Origin: Candidatus Poribacteria bacterium
GTDB lineage: Bacteria > Poribacteria > WGA-4E > WGA-3G
DNA: 64,000 bases
Reading direction: 5' to 3'
Assembly (NCBI GenBank): GCA_028824575.1
Contig: JAPPDN010000059.1
Span: 43,514-107,513 of the forward strand
Shown here: piece after piece, positions 10,709 through 21,245 of the stretch
Layout of the letters: each line of letters begins with the position of its first letter
Position numbering within the stretch: position 1 is the stretch's first letter
Notes under the pieces: generated by a model
Databases searched by the model: none
Told to the model about the DNA's origin: nothing
What the model saw: the letters and a program-made list of their open reading frames with translations, nothing else
Position numbers and translations under genes: made by a program

Positions 10709-11806
10709 ATGACATTACGTCCGCATAAAATAGAATTGGATCCGAATAACAAGCAATCCACGTTGATGTTTCAACATGCTGGCTATGCCCGCGTCGCTTT
10801 CAACTTTGCCTTATCGTCTTTCAAAGCCGGACGGGATACAGACGAATGGCGTAGCCACGTGGATATAAAGCGTGAGTTTAACGCAGTGAAACGTGATACG
10901 TTCGACTGGTGTGATGCTCTTTCACAGAATGCCTCCAAGAACGCGATCCATAACTTCGGCGATGCGGTGACACGTTGGAAAAAAGGACAAAACCGATTTC
11001 CTACCTATAAGAAACGATCTGATAGAATCTCCTATCAAGCAGACAATGGCGAGGGAACGATTACAGTCTACAAAAAGCGTATCCACCTCCCGAAAATCGG
11101 ATGGGTGCGCATGCGTGAAGAATTGCGGTATACCGGTGAAATTACGAAAGTTGTCGTCTCTAAACGCAACGGTAAGTGGTTCGCATCCATCACCGTTCGC
11201 AACCTTGATAGCAATAACTATAAGCACCAGCCATCTCTCTTTGAAAAAGAGGAAAAAGAACCGATTGGCATTGATGTGGGTATCAACACACTTGCGACCT
11301 GTTCTAACGGTGATACTTACGATAACCCGCGCCCTCTCAAGCGATATGAACGGAAGTTGGCACGTGCACAGCGTGCAGTCTCACGTAAAAAGAAAGGTTC
11401 AAAGAACTACTATAAGGCACAAAGGCATGTCCAATCTATTCATTATCGTATATCCAATATCCGTGAGGACGCTCACCACCAAGCCTCCACCAAGATTGTT
11501 CGTAAAGCCTCTGCTATTGGTGTTGAAACACTCAATATCAGCGGACTGCTCAAGAATCGTAAATTGGCGAAGGCGTTATCCGACTCGGCACTCTCGCGGT
11601 TTCTAACCATGCTGAAATACAAAGCAGAAAGACGCAGGATTCCGATAACCCAAGCGGATAGGTTCTTTGCCAGTTCCAAAACCTGTAGCAGTTGCGGGCA
11701 TAAGAAAAAAGAGTTGAGGCTTTCGGATCGGACCTATCATTGCGATGCCTGTGGTATTGATATTGACCGTGATTTGAACGCTGCAATGAATCTCTGTCCC
11801 GCTTGA
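10709..11806 (+). CDS. tnpB: TnpB (IS200/IS605 family OrfB, RuvC-like RNA-guided nuclease)
   Basis: RuvC-I motif IGIDVGI, C-terminal zinc finger CSSCGH..CDACG, RuvC-III DRDLNAA. About 75% identical to the copy at 49489-50583. Confidence 0.85.
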   Translation: MTLRPHKIELDPNNKQSTLMFQHAGYARVAFNFALSSFKAGRDTDEWRSHVDIKREFNAVKRDTFDWCDALSQNASKNAIHNFGDAVTRWKKGQNRFPTYKKRSDRISYQADNGEGTITVYKKRIHLPKIGWVRMREELRYTGEITKVVVSKRNGKWFASITVRNLDSNNYKHQPSLFEKEEKEPIGIDVGINTLATCSNGDTYDNPRPLKRYERKLARAQRAVSRKKKGSKNYYKAQRHVQSIHYRISNIREDAHHQASTKIVRKASAIGVETLNISGLLKNRKLAKALSDSALSRFLTMLKYKAERRRIPITQADRFFASSKTCSSCGHKKKELRLSDRTYHCDACGIDIDRDLNAAMNLCPA

Positions 11807-11968
11807 CCTTAACCGTCGCGGTGAGTTGCACCGAGACGTAAAACGCCTGTGGAGTCCGTGTAAGACCTCGATTGTGAGGCAGTAGACGTTGAAGCAGGAA
11901 GTAGACATAAAATACAAGTTCCTGTAGGTTTTTATAGGTTTTTGAGATTTTGATAGGTTCTACACAAC
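11650..11968 (+). ncRNA. putative omegaRNA (reRNA) scaffold overlapping the tnpB 3' end and right end
   Basis: A right-end block conserved between copies 1 and 2 while the adjacent sequence diverges, as expected for a scaffold followed by a guide. Confidence 0.4.
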
Positions 11969-12195
11969 GGTTTGGGAATCTGGCACGGAAACAAGAAAAA
12001 ACGTCAGAAATACGTCAACACTTGTAATCCTGCGTTGCTTACCGTGGCGCGCGTTTTCTCGCGATTTTGCCGCTAATTCCTCTCAATTTACATCATATCA
12101 CAGAATAAAAAGAGTCGTTCTTCACGCTTTTTTTGTAAAAAAACATCAAAAATCGGTGAATTTGGCGATTTTTCCTAAAAAATTATGCATTTTAA

Positions 12196-12224
12196 TTTGA
12201 CATTTCCCTAAAAACCTGGTATAA
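12196..12224 (+). promoter_or_regulatory. near-consensus sigma70 promoter (TTGACA-17 bp-TATAAT) followed by a GGGGCG...CGCCCC hairpin
   Basis: Direct reading: tttgacatttccctaaaaacctggtataatatt. Confidence 0.5.
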
Positions 12225-12641
12225 TATTAAGTAACAGTGTGAGGGGCGTTGGAGCGCCCCCCGAACCAAAAACCTAAGAACCAACTTTGGCTTGGCTTTT
12301 TTATTTTATCAGAAGCCTCGCCATAAAATCAAGAGGTTTCTCATGAAAGATCAGAATTCCCTTAATACCCCAACCGCTGAAATGCTCGCAGACGCATGGC
12401 GAAAGCATTACGCCTTCGGCACATGGCATTGGCACGATGGACAGTGGGTATGGCTCTCTCCAAACGGCAACGGCTATTCCCGATGCGGTTCACCGGTCCC
12501 GCCACCAGCACCCGACAAGATAAAGCCGTATCACCAGTTGCGCTGGTCACGGTGCAAAGTGTGTAACGCAATCAAACCCTGGGGCGGATGTGGAAGCAAA
12601 AGCATCAGCACCTACAATAACACGTGGCCAGGGGGAAACCG

Positions 12642-13166
12642 ATGAAAAAACTGACAATCACGCTTTTCGGTTCAACAGGCACCCGCACCCTTGAAATCAC
12701 ACCGCGCGGCGGATTTCCAACTCGGCATGTCAAAGCACCCCGTGAAACCGGGTCTCCGTCCCTCTTTGAACCGGAAACCCCGCAAGAGGTTTCCCCTGCT
12801 GCCGATCGGACACCCAAACCCAATACGCCACCAACGTCCACGACCGAGAAAAGCAGCGCGCCATCTCCTGCGGAAGCACCGCCCACGCTCTTGGAAGTCA
12901 TCCGGTTCATGCACGCCTCGGACAACCACAGCGGTTGGCTGATTATCGACGAAATCCTTTTCGTCGCGACGACCCACTACAAAATGAAATTCAACCACCA
13001 AACCCTGCTCGATGCCCTGCGGGAACTCTACACGCAAGGCGGCTTAGCATACCGGCTGAACGGGTTCGATCAACACACCTTCCAACTGATTGAAACTCAG
13101 GAACCCTCCCTGAAAATGCTACTCGCTGAAGTGGACACGCTGATGGGGAAAGGCGGTGTCGCATGA
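12642..13166 (+). CDS. hypothetical protein (Pro/Thr-rich linker)
   Basis: ORF beginning MKKLTITLF. Confidence 0.35.
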   Translation: MKKLTITLFGSTGTRTLEITPRGGFPTRHVKAPRETGSPSLFEPETPQEVSPAADRTPKPNTPPTSTTEKSSAPSPAEAPPTLLEVIRFMHASDNHSGWLIIDEILFVATTHYKMKFNHQTLLDALRELYTQGGLAYRLNGFDQHTFQLIETQEPSLKMLLAEVDTLMGKGGVA

Positions 13167-13717
13167 GAAGGCAACCGATGTTCATGTGGTACCGGCACAG
13201 ACAGCGTGAACAGGAACATGAAATCCGAACCGCGTTCAACCTCAAATTCAATGACCAGCACTATGCCATCGCCACGCCAGAATTCTGGGACGCGTGGCGC
13301 GCCGATAAGAGCAGGACACTTCGTAAGCAATACGCCCCCGCAAAATACCCCGCTGACCAACTCGGACTGCCCGGTAAAAAACCCGTCTGGGTTGTTTTCG
13401 TCAGCCGTGCCGCGAAACAGGTGTTTGAAGCCAACCACGCTGCACCGGAAGTCCCCGAAAACGTTGATGGTAAGATTCAGGGGTTGGGGTGGCAATCGAC
13501 ACGCGTTAACGCCGGTATGTTCCTCGACGATCGACACAAAACCTATCGCTCCCAACGATCCCCCGTCGTCGCGTGGCTCAACTACAATCAGGGTCGCTAT
13601 TCCGTCAACGTTGTTCACAGTGCTTTCAAACTGACGCGTCCGATCCCCGCCGCTATCACCGACCTCGGTGATGCAGTGGCTTGGGTCTATCAGAATTCGG
13701 TTTGGATCAAATCGTAG
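13163..13717 (+). CDS. hypothetical protein
   Basis: 184 aa ORF, start overlaps the previous stop (ATGA). Confidence 0.4.
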   Translation: MRRQPMFMWYRHRQREQEHEIRTAFNLKFNDQHYAIATPEFWDAWRADKSRTLRKQYAPAKYPADQLGLPGKKPVWVVFVSRAAKQVFEANHAAPEVPENVDGKIQGLGWQSTRVNAGMFLDDRHKTYRSQRSPVVAWLNYNQGRYSVNVVHSAFKLTRPIPAAITDLGDAVAWVYQNSVWIKS

Positions 13718-13776
13718 TCTTGGAAACCCTTCAGGCATCAAACCCAACTGACCGAACCGTAAGGAAAAATTAAAAA

Positions 13777-13983
13777 ATGTCTACAAAACCAAAATGTTCT
13801 GTCCGCGACTGCGATTCCCGCGACACACACGAACACCGAGGAAAAGGAACGGATAACCTCGGTAGACCGATCACCTTTATCGCCTGTGTTTGCGATCCCT
13901 GTAAGGACGCGCTCATGGAGAAAAAGGTCAACTACACCTTCTACAGAGCCGGCACCCTTGTGTTTGTCAATGAAATCTATTGA
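13777..13983 (+). CDS. small Cys-rich (zinc-ribbon-like) protein
   Basis: 68 aa with CSVRDC...CVCDPC; preceded by the conserved leader motif. Confidence 0.35.
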   Translation: MSTKPKCSVRDCDSRDTHEHRGKGTDNLGRPITFIACVCDPCKDALMEKKVNYTFYRAGTLVFVNEIY

Positions 13984-14362
13984 TAAGGAGAGGGACGGCC
14001 ATGGAAAATACGATTCTCAACTTTTATCTGCGCAAATACCCACCGAAAGGGGAAATGCGTAGGGGTTGGGTCTCCCAACCCGTACACAGACACAACCTTG
14101 TGAACGTGCGCGCCTTGCTCAAAAAGCGGGGCGTGCCAAACGCCAACAGATTGGACTACCACGCAGCGATCCAAACGCTTGCGAAACGGGTAGCAAAAGA
14201 ATGTAGTAAGTAGAACCAAACTGAAAGGAAAAACGCATGAAAAGGTTCCTCATTTTCGTTCTCAAGATGGTAGCGGTTATCATTAGCACACTGATCACCA
14301 TCTTCAAAAAGTATCCAAAGAACCACCGATACTAACCCGTAATCTAACCGCCGCGGTCCCCA

Positions 14363-14788
14363 GTGTCCGCGGCACAATCCAAGAAAGGAGACATTTTGAA
14401 ACTCCCAAACCTCATTAGACTTCACGTCGCGGCTTTCCACTTCGCGAGAACACCCGACTGCACGGCACAGGTGTTAGCACAGGTGACGGACGTGAAAATC
14501 AAAACCGTTTATGGATGGGTGCAACGCCCCGAATGGCACGCCGCACTCGATGCCCTTCATTTCAGAGGGACGCGCGCCTTCGCTCGTAAACCGACCCGCG
14601 ATGTTATCCGCGATGCCGGTGGGTTAGTTGAACAGGCGTTCGAGATATACAAGACAGCGCGCACGGACGGACACACCCCGAAAAAAGCCGTCACCGCAGT
14701 TGTCAACAAACTGGAACTCAACCGCCGACGTATCAATACCTGGGCGGAACGCTACGACTGGGAGGCAATTCTGAATAACAAGGATTGA
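14363..14788 (+). CDS. hypothetical protein
   Basis: 141 aa ORF. Confidence 0.35.
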   Translation: MSAAQSKKGDILKLPNLIRLHVAAFHFARTPDCTAQVLAQVTDVKIKTVYGWVQRPEWHAALDALHFRGTRAFARKPTRDVIRDAGGLVEQAFEIYKTARTDGHTPKKAVTAVVNKLELNRRRINTWAERYDWEAILNNKD

Positions 14789-15427
14789 CCCCTCTCTCAG
14801 CTAAAGCCCAGAGTTTTGAAAATGAAGAGGATGATAACGAAACTTTAACGTTAAATCGAAACAGCACTGATCACAACTCGAAAAAAGGAGAAACGATGAC
14901 TCACACCGAAGCCCGTAACCTGAAGGCACAGCAGATTCGGCTCTGCCGGCACTATCTTACTGTCGCGAAAAAGACGCTCGGACTCAGTCCGGAATCAACG
15001 ACTGTCCGCTACTGGACGGATACACTCGAAACTTGGAGAGCAACGCCTATCACAGAAATAGCAGCGCGTTCCCAAAAACAGAGGAAGTAAAGAAAAGAGC
15101 GGTGCGTCAACACCGCCCTGTTTAGCACATAACCCACCCTAACGCTAATTAAGGAGGAGTGCGCCATTTGCAATTATACTGCAAGCGGCGCGTAAAGTCA
15201 AAAATGCGTAAACTTCAAGTCAAACGTAGCAGTTTCTTGATCGAACCTGCCAATCGACCGACCGAAACATTTATAGGAGCGAGGTCCTCTCGCCCGTTCA
15301 CCAAAAACTCTGTGCTTGAAACTCTTGGCGAGATTCTCAGCATCCTCTCGATCTTCATTATCGGCTGGATCGCTTATGTAATCCTATAGAAAAGGAGACG
15401 AGGCAGGCAACTGCCCCCTATAATGCA

Positions 15428-17098
15428 ATGATGAAAACTATGTGGATCGAACCCGATGCGATTGAAGATGTGTGGGTCGTCAATAACCGGAAAGAAAACC
15501 CCGGACACATCGAGAGCCTCGCGGAATCCATGCGCCAAAACGGTTACCTGCGCAAATACCCGGTCATCGTTTTCAAGGCAGCGAACATCCCTGTTGAAAC
15601 CGATAAGCCCTATCTCATGGCATGTGGACACCACCGCAGGAAAGCCGCGATTGCCGCAGGGATAGAGAACATTTTCGCGGAAGTCCACGACGGCACCGAA
15701 GAAGAATGGATCGAAATGATGTCGCTGGACAACTTCCAGTTTGACGTTGCCTCGAACCCCGGCATCGGCTTGGCGTTCACCGAGCAGGAACGCCGCTCCG
15801 CCTGTACCCAACTCCTGCTTCTGCCGAAATACCTGCGGAAAACCAGCGTTTCATTGGCGAATTCATGGAAAGTCTCTGAAGGCACCGTCCGCCGCTGGCG
15901 TAAGGAGGCGGAATCGTTAATTGACGAAGGGATGTCCGCAGTGCAGGCATTAGGTGTTTCACCGGAACGGTTTGAACGATTGAAGGAAGTCATGAGTTCC
16001 GCCCATCGTGAGAACGAGGCGGGCGAAACCGTTGCTGTCCGTCAGAAACCGAAGGAACTGACGAACGAGGAACGATTTGAACTTTGGCAGGAGATCAAAA
16101 CCGCTGCCCTCTTCGACCAACGTTCAGACGGCATCCGTTACCTGGATCGGAACGGTTTCCAGTTTGAAACCTTCAGGGCGTATGTCTGTCAACGATATAA
16201 CATCCAAGACAGCGACATACCCCACCAACTCACCAGAGGGAAACTCCAAAATATCTATAACTGGATAGCAGGCGAGGACCCAGAGGTGATCGCTCGGTGT
16301 AAGGAACTCCAGCACGAAAGGGATGCCCTCAGTCAGGCACGCAAAAACTGCTCCGACTATCACGATAAAGTCATCCGCGCCTTTGATGAGAATTTGAGTC
16401 CTACACCCGGCAACACATTTTCATCGGCGCATATCGCGAGTCTGAAAGCCTTCAAAAAGGTTGTCAAGCAACGGTTTGATGGCTTCGATTTCGATGCCCG
16501 ACATGACGCAACGACTTGCGATCAACTCATGGTGGTGCAGCAAACCTTTTTTGACATCTGTGCGGATATTGAAATGAAAGAAGAGTGGGTGCTGACTTTC
16601 AAAACGAAGTTTTCTGATAAAGCCCGGCAGGACCGCAAGGCACTGGAACAGGCATGGTCAGATGCCCGCAAGGAGATGTTCACTGCGCTTTCGGAATATC
16701 CGCGGGATGTGAGCAAAGTCGCGTTCTATAACGGGTTCGATAAACGGTTCGGTCACCCCAGCGGTAGGACACGGGAGTTCACCGAACCCACGCCGGCGAT
16801 CACCGATGAAACCCTAACGGCAGACATCCGACATTTCAAAGATGCCACCCGGGACATCCGTTCTGACACCGATTGGATGCAAGCCATGCCGGAGCCACTG
16901 CGAATAATTGACGCGCTCAGACTCACGGAACGCATCACGGAACTCCACATCAAAGTGGAAGGTGGCGGTCGAGAAATCCGTATCGCTGAATTCGATGCAG
17001 AGACCGCCGCTGAGTGGATCTCTGCCGAACTCCAAGAGCAACTCATCAAAATAGCGGATCGGTTCATCTATTCGGATAATCGGTTCACCGACTCGTAG
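15428..17098 (+). CDS. ParB/Srx-fold (ParB N-terminal nuclease-like) domain protein
   Basis: 556 aa; N-terminal LMACGHHRRKAAIAAG resembles the ParB box II/DGHHR motif; long C-terminal extension. Confidence 0.55.
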   Translation: MMKTMWIEPDAIEDVWVVNNRKENPGHIESLAESMRQNGYLRKYPVIVFKAANIPVETDKPYLMACGHHRRKAAIAAGIENIFAEVHDGTEEEWIEMMSLDNFQFDVASNPGIGLAFTEQERRSACTQLLLLPKYLRKTSVSLANSWKVSEGTVRRWRKEAESLIDEGMSAVQALGVSPERFERLKEVMSSAHRENEAGETVAVRQKPKELTNEERFELWQEIKTAALFDQRSDGIRYLDRNGFQFETFRAYVCQRYNIQDSDIPHQLTRGKLQNIYNWIAGEDPEVIARCKELQHERDALSQARKNCSDYHDKVIRAFDENLSPTPGNTFSSAHIASLKAFKKVVKQRFDGFDFDARHDATTCDQLMVVQQTFFDICADIEMKEEWVLTFKTKFSDKARQDRKALEQAWSDARKEMFTALSEYPRDVSKVAFYNGFDKRFGHPSGRTREFTEPTPAITDETLTADIRHFKDATRDIRSDTDWMQAMPEPLRIIDALRLTERITELHIKVEGGGREIRIAEFDAETAAEWISAELQEQLIKIADRFIYSDNRFTDS

Positions 17099-17615
17099 GG
17101 GTTGGGAATGTAATACATTGTCCCGCAAGTCCACACGTTGTCCTCGGATGCCACACGCGCATCCGTTCTGGCGCTACGGATTTGCTCTATTTAAAGACCA
17201 AATCCCCCAACCCTTACACAAAAGGAAGGAGACGGGAGCGAGCAATCGCTCCCGAAACATCATGAGAATCAGAAACTTGACTGGCACAGGCATCATCTTG
17301 GCACTGAGCACCGAACGCCTATATCTCGAACCGACGCGTAAGCCTGCGATCGTGCGATGGACGCAAAAGGTGATTGGAAGCCGACACATCGAATTCGGCG
17401 CGCCCTATGAATGCTTGCAGGTCCCTATCCTCGAGGACATTGCCCATGTTGAGGGGATACCCGATCCAGAGCCGTTCACGCTCTTCCTCGTAGATCAGCA
17501 CGTTTTCGATAACAGCGATCGTCCAGACGTTTTCACTTACAACGACGAGAAAGACGATGGCAATGGGAATGTGATGATTGCGTATCTGGTTGGGAAATAA
17601 GAGAGTTAGCAGCCA

Positions 17616-17650
17616 AAAGGGCGGGAGTTCGGTTTCCCGCCCTTTTACTT
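17616..17650 (+). terminator. intrinsic terminator (GGGCGGGA-loop-TCCCGCCC + TTTT)
   Basis: Direct reading: aagggcgggagttcggtttcccgcccttttactt, downstream of the plus-strand gene block. Confidence 0.6.
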
Positions 17651-17783
17651 TGCCGTAGCCTGCTAAAAAACACCGAGCGGAACTACTGTCGATGGTATGA
17701 AGTCAATCGGAGTGTTAGAGTTAAACCGAGGCGCGGTTAGTCAGAAAGACCAGAATTGAAAACTATAATCATATAGAGAACAA

Positions 17784-19196
17784 CTAATTACCAGAAATAC
17801 TTCTCTGTCCCTCATCAACACTTGGTAAAATCTGTTCATCTATACACTTCTTCAACATTTCTCTCAAAATATCAATAGTTTCTTCAACTATTTCATCAGC
17901 TTGTTCGTTGTTCTGGATATGTCTTAATCTACCTTTTCTCTGTGCAATTGCGTGTACAAAAGCATTTCTTATATCATAAAACTCAGTAAGCGGTTTACCA
18001 TTTATCTGAACAGATGATATAAAACTGGTAAGTGTATCAGTTATTCTGTTTGTGCCGACAGATTTTTCAATTGAAGTTTCAAATGAAATTGCTAACATAG
18101 GTACTCTATTGTAATCTAACCTCATAGGCAATGTTTGTATATCCATAAACAATTTTACACAATCCATAAAATCTTTGCTTTCTTCACTGCCAATGCTATC
18201 TATTGCTACAGTTTGTTCATAAATATGCTTTATTGCCGCCATATCATTGTCTGTTATTGAAATCTTATTAGTACGCCCCAAAACATAATCTATACTGCCT
18301 CCTGTTGAGTGGAATTCTGCCTCTGGCAGAAGATAAAGCAAATGATTTTCATCTAACGACAGAAAATGCCATGAGTACGAGATCGGTGTTTTTAGGTACA
18401 GTGAAAATGCGAAACATAAAATATCTATCCTAAGACTCCCCTTTTTTTCTGTATTAAACGATCGCTTATCATAAGTAAAAATTTTCCCAGTTTTTCTGTC
18501 AGATATGTATGGTAATCCAGGATCGTTTTCCAACATTTTTGAATACTCGTCTTCAGTGACAACTTTAGGTTTTTCTATAACTCTCTTAAACTCGTTTTCT
18601 GATACTAAAAGCGTTCTATCGGGCCAAAATGGATAACCGAGTTGTTTCAGTAATGATTCTGGTATAACACCCAGATTTTCGTTGGATGGCATTATTTCAA
18701 AATCTGCGAAATTATAATTTTTTGAAATATTAAGTCCTTCTATTACCATATATTCTTTATATTTCAGCGGATCATTATTTGAAAACGACTCTAACTTATC
18801 AATTGCGCAACTTATATCAGTAGCTATACACCATAGAATTAAACATCTGACTATGTCCTCCATTGAAACACTTATTGGAGAATACAATGGGGTTATAATC
18901 TGATAGCGCTTCTTTGACATTATGGAAGGTACAACATAGTCACCAAAACAATCTAACAAGACATCTACCAGAGATATTTCTAAATTGCGTTCAATCGCCA
19001 CTCGTAATTTGTCTAAATGTTCCAGAAACAGCGCATTATGATTCTTTGTCCGCAATTTGTTATTTACAAATGTCTTAGCTTGCCAATGTTTAAGCTGACA
19101 ACTAGCAAATGCTGCTGAATCATAACGAAAATATACTGTGTCTTCGTTAATTTGCGACAGCAAATCTGAAATTTGATTTATTAAGGATTTATCCAT
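17784..19196 (-). CDS. HEPN-like (Rx4H motif) protein, candidate abortive-infection (Abi_2/AbiD-AbiF-like) protein; markedly AT-rich gene
   Basis: 470 aa; C-terminal YDIRNAFVHAIAQRKGR matches the R-N-x3-H HEPN signature of Abi_2-type proteins. Local GC is clearly lower than the flanks, and the gene is adjacent to an IS3 element. Confidence 0.45.
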   Translation of the reverse strand: MDKSLINQISDLLSQINEDTVYFRYDSAAFASCQLKHWQAKTFVNNKLRTKNHNALFLEHLDKLRVAIERNLEISLVDVLLDCFGDYVVPSIMSKKRYQIITPLYSPISVSMEDIVRCLILWCIATDISCAIDKLESFSNNDPLKYKEYMVIEGLNISKNYNFADFEIMPSNENLGVIPESLLKQLGYPFWPDRTLLVSENEFKRVIEKPKVVTEDEYSKMLENDPGLPYISDRKTGKIFTYDKRSFNTEKKGSLRIDILCFAFSLYLKTPISYSWHFLSLDENHLLYLLPEAEFHSTGGSIDYVLGRTNKISITDNDMAAIKHIYEQTVAIDSIGSEESKDFMDCVKLFMDIQTLPMRLDYNRVPMLAISFETSIEKSVGTNRITDTLTSFISSVQINGKPLTEFYDIRNAFVHAIAQRKGRLRHIQNNEQADEIVEETIDILREMLKKCIDEQILPSVDEGQRSISGN

Positions 19197-19319
19197 TACT
19201 TTTTCCTCTATATGACAATCTTGGTTTAGAGGGTGATCTGTGTACTGCCTACGGTTTTTTGGACCACTCCCTAAAGGAAGATTGTGCTACAATACAATCT
19301 CAATTGAAAGGAGAATCCA

Positions 19320-19604
19320 ATGGCGAAACGAAGAAGATTCACCCCTGAGTTTAAAGCCGAACTTGTTTTTGAAGTCCTCAGCGGTGTCAGTTCCCAAGCA
19401 GAAGTCTGTCGACGACACAACCTCAACGAAAACCAACTCTCACAGTGGAAGCGACATCTGCTTGAAAATGCGTCCTCGTTGTTTGAGTCTTCTGATAAGC
19501 AGTCCAGTGATGCTGAGAAGCGTATCGCCCACCTTGAGCAGCTCGTTGGGAGAATGGCGGTCGCCTTAGACATCCAAAAAAAACTATTGACGGAGTTGGA
19601 CTGA
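19320..19604 (+). CDS. IS3-family transposase OrfA (HTH)
   Basis: MAKRRRFTPEFKAELVFEVL... typical IS3 orfA. Confidence 0.85.
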   Translation: MAKRRRFTPEFKAELVFEVLSGVSSQAEVCRRHNLNENQLSQWKRHLLENASSLFESSDKQSSDAEKRIAHLEQLVGRMAVALDIQKKLLTELD

Positions 19605-19654
19605 CGTTATCTGAAAAGCGATGCCACATTTCGGCACTGCAAAAGGAGCATTGC

Positions 19655-20425
19655 GTGCGAGATATTTGTCAAATCCTCGGTGTCAACCGCAGCAGTTTCT
19701 ATTATCAACCCAAAGCGGATCCGTCCGAAGCGGTGCTGCGGGCTGAAATAGAGAAACTTGCTGGTGCGTATCCGAGATACGGGTATAGACGTATCACCCA
19801 GCTCCTCGTGCGTCAGGGATACAGCGTTGGGACCCGAGGCGTCGCTCGATTGATGAAAGAGAATCATCTCTTGGTCTGCGTCGAACGTGCGTGTCGAACA
19901 ACAAAGTCGCTTCAGGGAGATAAACCGTGGAGCAATCTACTCAAAGACCTTGAGATCTCTCATCAGGATCAGGTCTGGTATGTTCGTCTCAGGGAACGCT
20001 TCATCTATGTCGCTCTGCTCATGGATGTTTTCACCCGAGTGATCAAAGCGTGGCATCTGAGTCCACACTTGAACCAATCTCTGACGCTCAAACCGCTCCA
20101 AGAGGCATTCTGTCACAGCGTCCCGGAGATCCATCATTCCGATCAAGGAGTGCAATATCTTTCAAAGGCGTATCTCTCGGTGCTCAAAGCACACGCTATT
20201 GAGATTTCAATAGCTCGCAGAGGGTGTCCTTGGGAGAACGGATACGCCGAAAGACTCATCCGCACGCTCAAGGAAGAAGAAGTCCACCTCAACGATTACC
20301 AAGATATTACCGAGGCTCGACAAAGCATCGGTCATTTTCTCACACAGGTATATAACCATAAACGTCTCCATTCGGCGTTAGGGTATCTGACTCCCGCCGA
20401 ATTTCAGAGACAAACCTTCTCTTAA
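19655..20425 (+). CDS. IS3-family transposase OrfB (DDE integrase core), probably expressed as an OrfAB fusion by -1 frameshift
   Basis: rve-type motifs: DQGVQY, WENGYAERLIRTLKEE, NHKRLHSALGYLTP. Confidence 0.85.
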   Translation: MRDICQILGVNRSSFYYQPKADPSEAVLRAEIEKLAGAYPRYGYRRITQLLVRQGYSVGTRGVARLMKENHLLVCVERACRTTKSLQGDKPWSNLLKDLEISHQDQVWYVRLRERFIYVALLMDVFTRVIKAWHLSPHLNQSLTLKPLQEAFCHSVPEIHHSDQGVQYLSKAYLSVLKAHAIEISIARRGCPWENGYAERLIRTLKEEEVHLNDYQDITEARQSIGHFLTQVYNHKRLHSALGYLTPAEFQRQTFS

Positions 20426-20524
20426 CTTTGCGAAATTGTGGTCTAAATTAAAGGTGGCACTTCAGTCCTTTATCCCCCTACCACGGTGGGAGGGTGGCAG
20501 AAATAGAGATAGATGTACTTTGCG

Positions 20525-20962
20525 TCAAACTCGCCAAAGCTTTTCAGAATCTATCTGTAATTTAGATTCCCAAGTTTGGGCGTTACGGAAATAAGACGGA
20601 TCTTCCTCCCATGAGAATGTCAACAGCCATTTAACAATACAAGCAATATCCATACGCTTTTTGCGGTTCTGGATATACCACTTTTCCAAGCTTTGATGGA
20701 GGTCGGGGGCAAATTCCCGATTACTACGGTATGCCCGGAGTTCGCGGATGAGTTTTCTGCGGGTTTCTCGTTGCGTCCTCCTAAAACGCCAGCGAGCGGC
20801 ATCACTTTGAAGATGCTGTTGACTATACCGACGTTCTAAATTATAGCGATGATTCCAAATAAACCGTAACTCCTGAACAAGCACATCTTCAAAGGTTATC
20901 TTTTCAGGTATCCATTGACCATCTTCAATACAGTTGAATTCGTATAAGAATTCGTTGTTCAT
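20525..20962 (-). CDS. hypothetical basic protein
   Basis: 145 aa ORF; a copy of the structured element lies upstream. Confidence 0.35.
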   Translation of the reverse strand: MNNEFLYEFNCIEDGQWIPEKITFEDVLVQELRFIWNHRYNLERRYSQQHLQSDAARWRFRRTQRETRRKLIRELRAYRSNREFAPDLHQSLEKWYIQNRKKRMDIACIVKWLLTFSWEEDPSYFRNAQTWESKLQIDSEKLWRV

Positions 20963-21062
20963 TTATCACACTCCTTATAAAAAATGATAGTCTGTGAATA
21001 CTTCCCCTTGCACAAGTGAGCCACCCAAGAATGCCTTATCATCACTCCCAAGTGAAATTCAC

Positions 21063-21245
21063 AGTCAAACTCATAAAAATTCAAGGCTTCCCTTGGCAAC
21101 CCGGCATTCAACCCGTATCACGGGGTTGGATAGGACTCGGCACTGAGGTGCACCGAGGTGATACTCCTATCCACCAAGTTATTAAAAGTCTACCAGAAAA
21201 ACAAACGAATTACAAATTGCTTTGTTCCCTACGCCCTTGCTTCCT
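21063..21245. ncRNA. candidate structured RNA / palindromic element, copy 1 (unnamed family)
   Basis: About 180 bp conserved with 28661-28824. Nested stems show compensatory substitutions: aaccc/gggtt vs aatct/agatt, and gcac/gtgc vs acac/gtgt. Confidence 0.4.

Larger units (their letters stand above)
10567..11968 (+). mobile_element. IS200/IS605-family TnpB-only element (IS1341-like), copy 1; boundaries approximate
   Basis: The left end carries a conserved TTGACT...TATAAT promoter plus a subterminal hairpin (ggcaagcatacg...cgtgcttgcc). The right end is conserved with copy 2 (acgcctgt..gtaagacct..gaagcaggaagta ... ctacacaacg). Confidence 0.6.
19230..20470 (+). mobile_element. IS3-family insertion sequence (orfA/orfB with A8 slippery site); ends approximate
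   Basis: orfA is an HTH transposase fragment. orfB is a DDE integrase core (HSDQG...WENGYAERLIRTLKEE...LGYLTPAEF). The A AAA AAA run at 19576-19583 lies in the orfA/orfB overlap. Confidence 0.75.

Noticed and set aside
19230-20470. Exact IS3 terminal inverted repeats
   Set aside because: I could not identify convincing TG...CA inverted repeats by eye, so boundaries are given only approximately.
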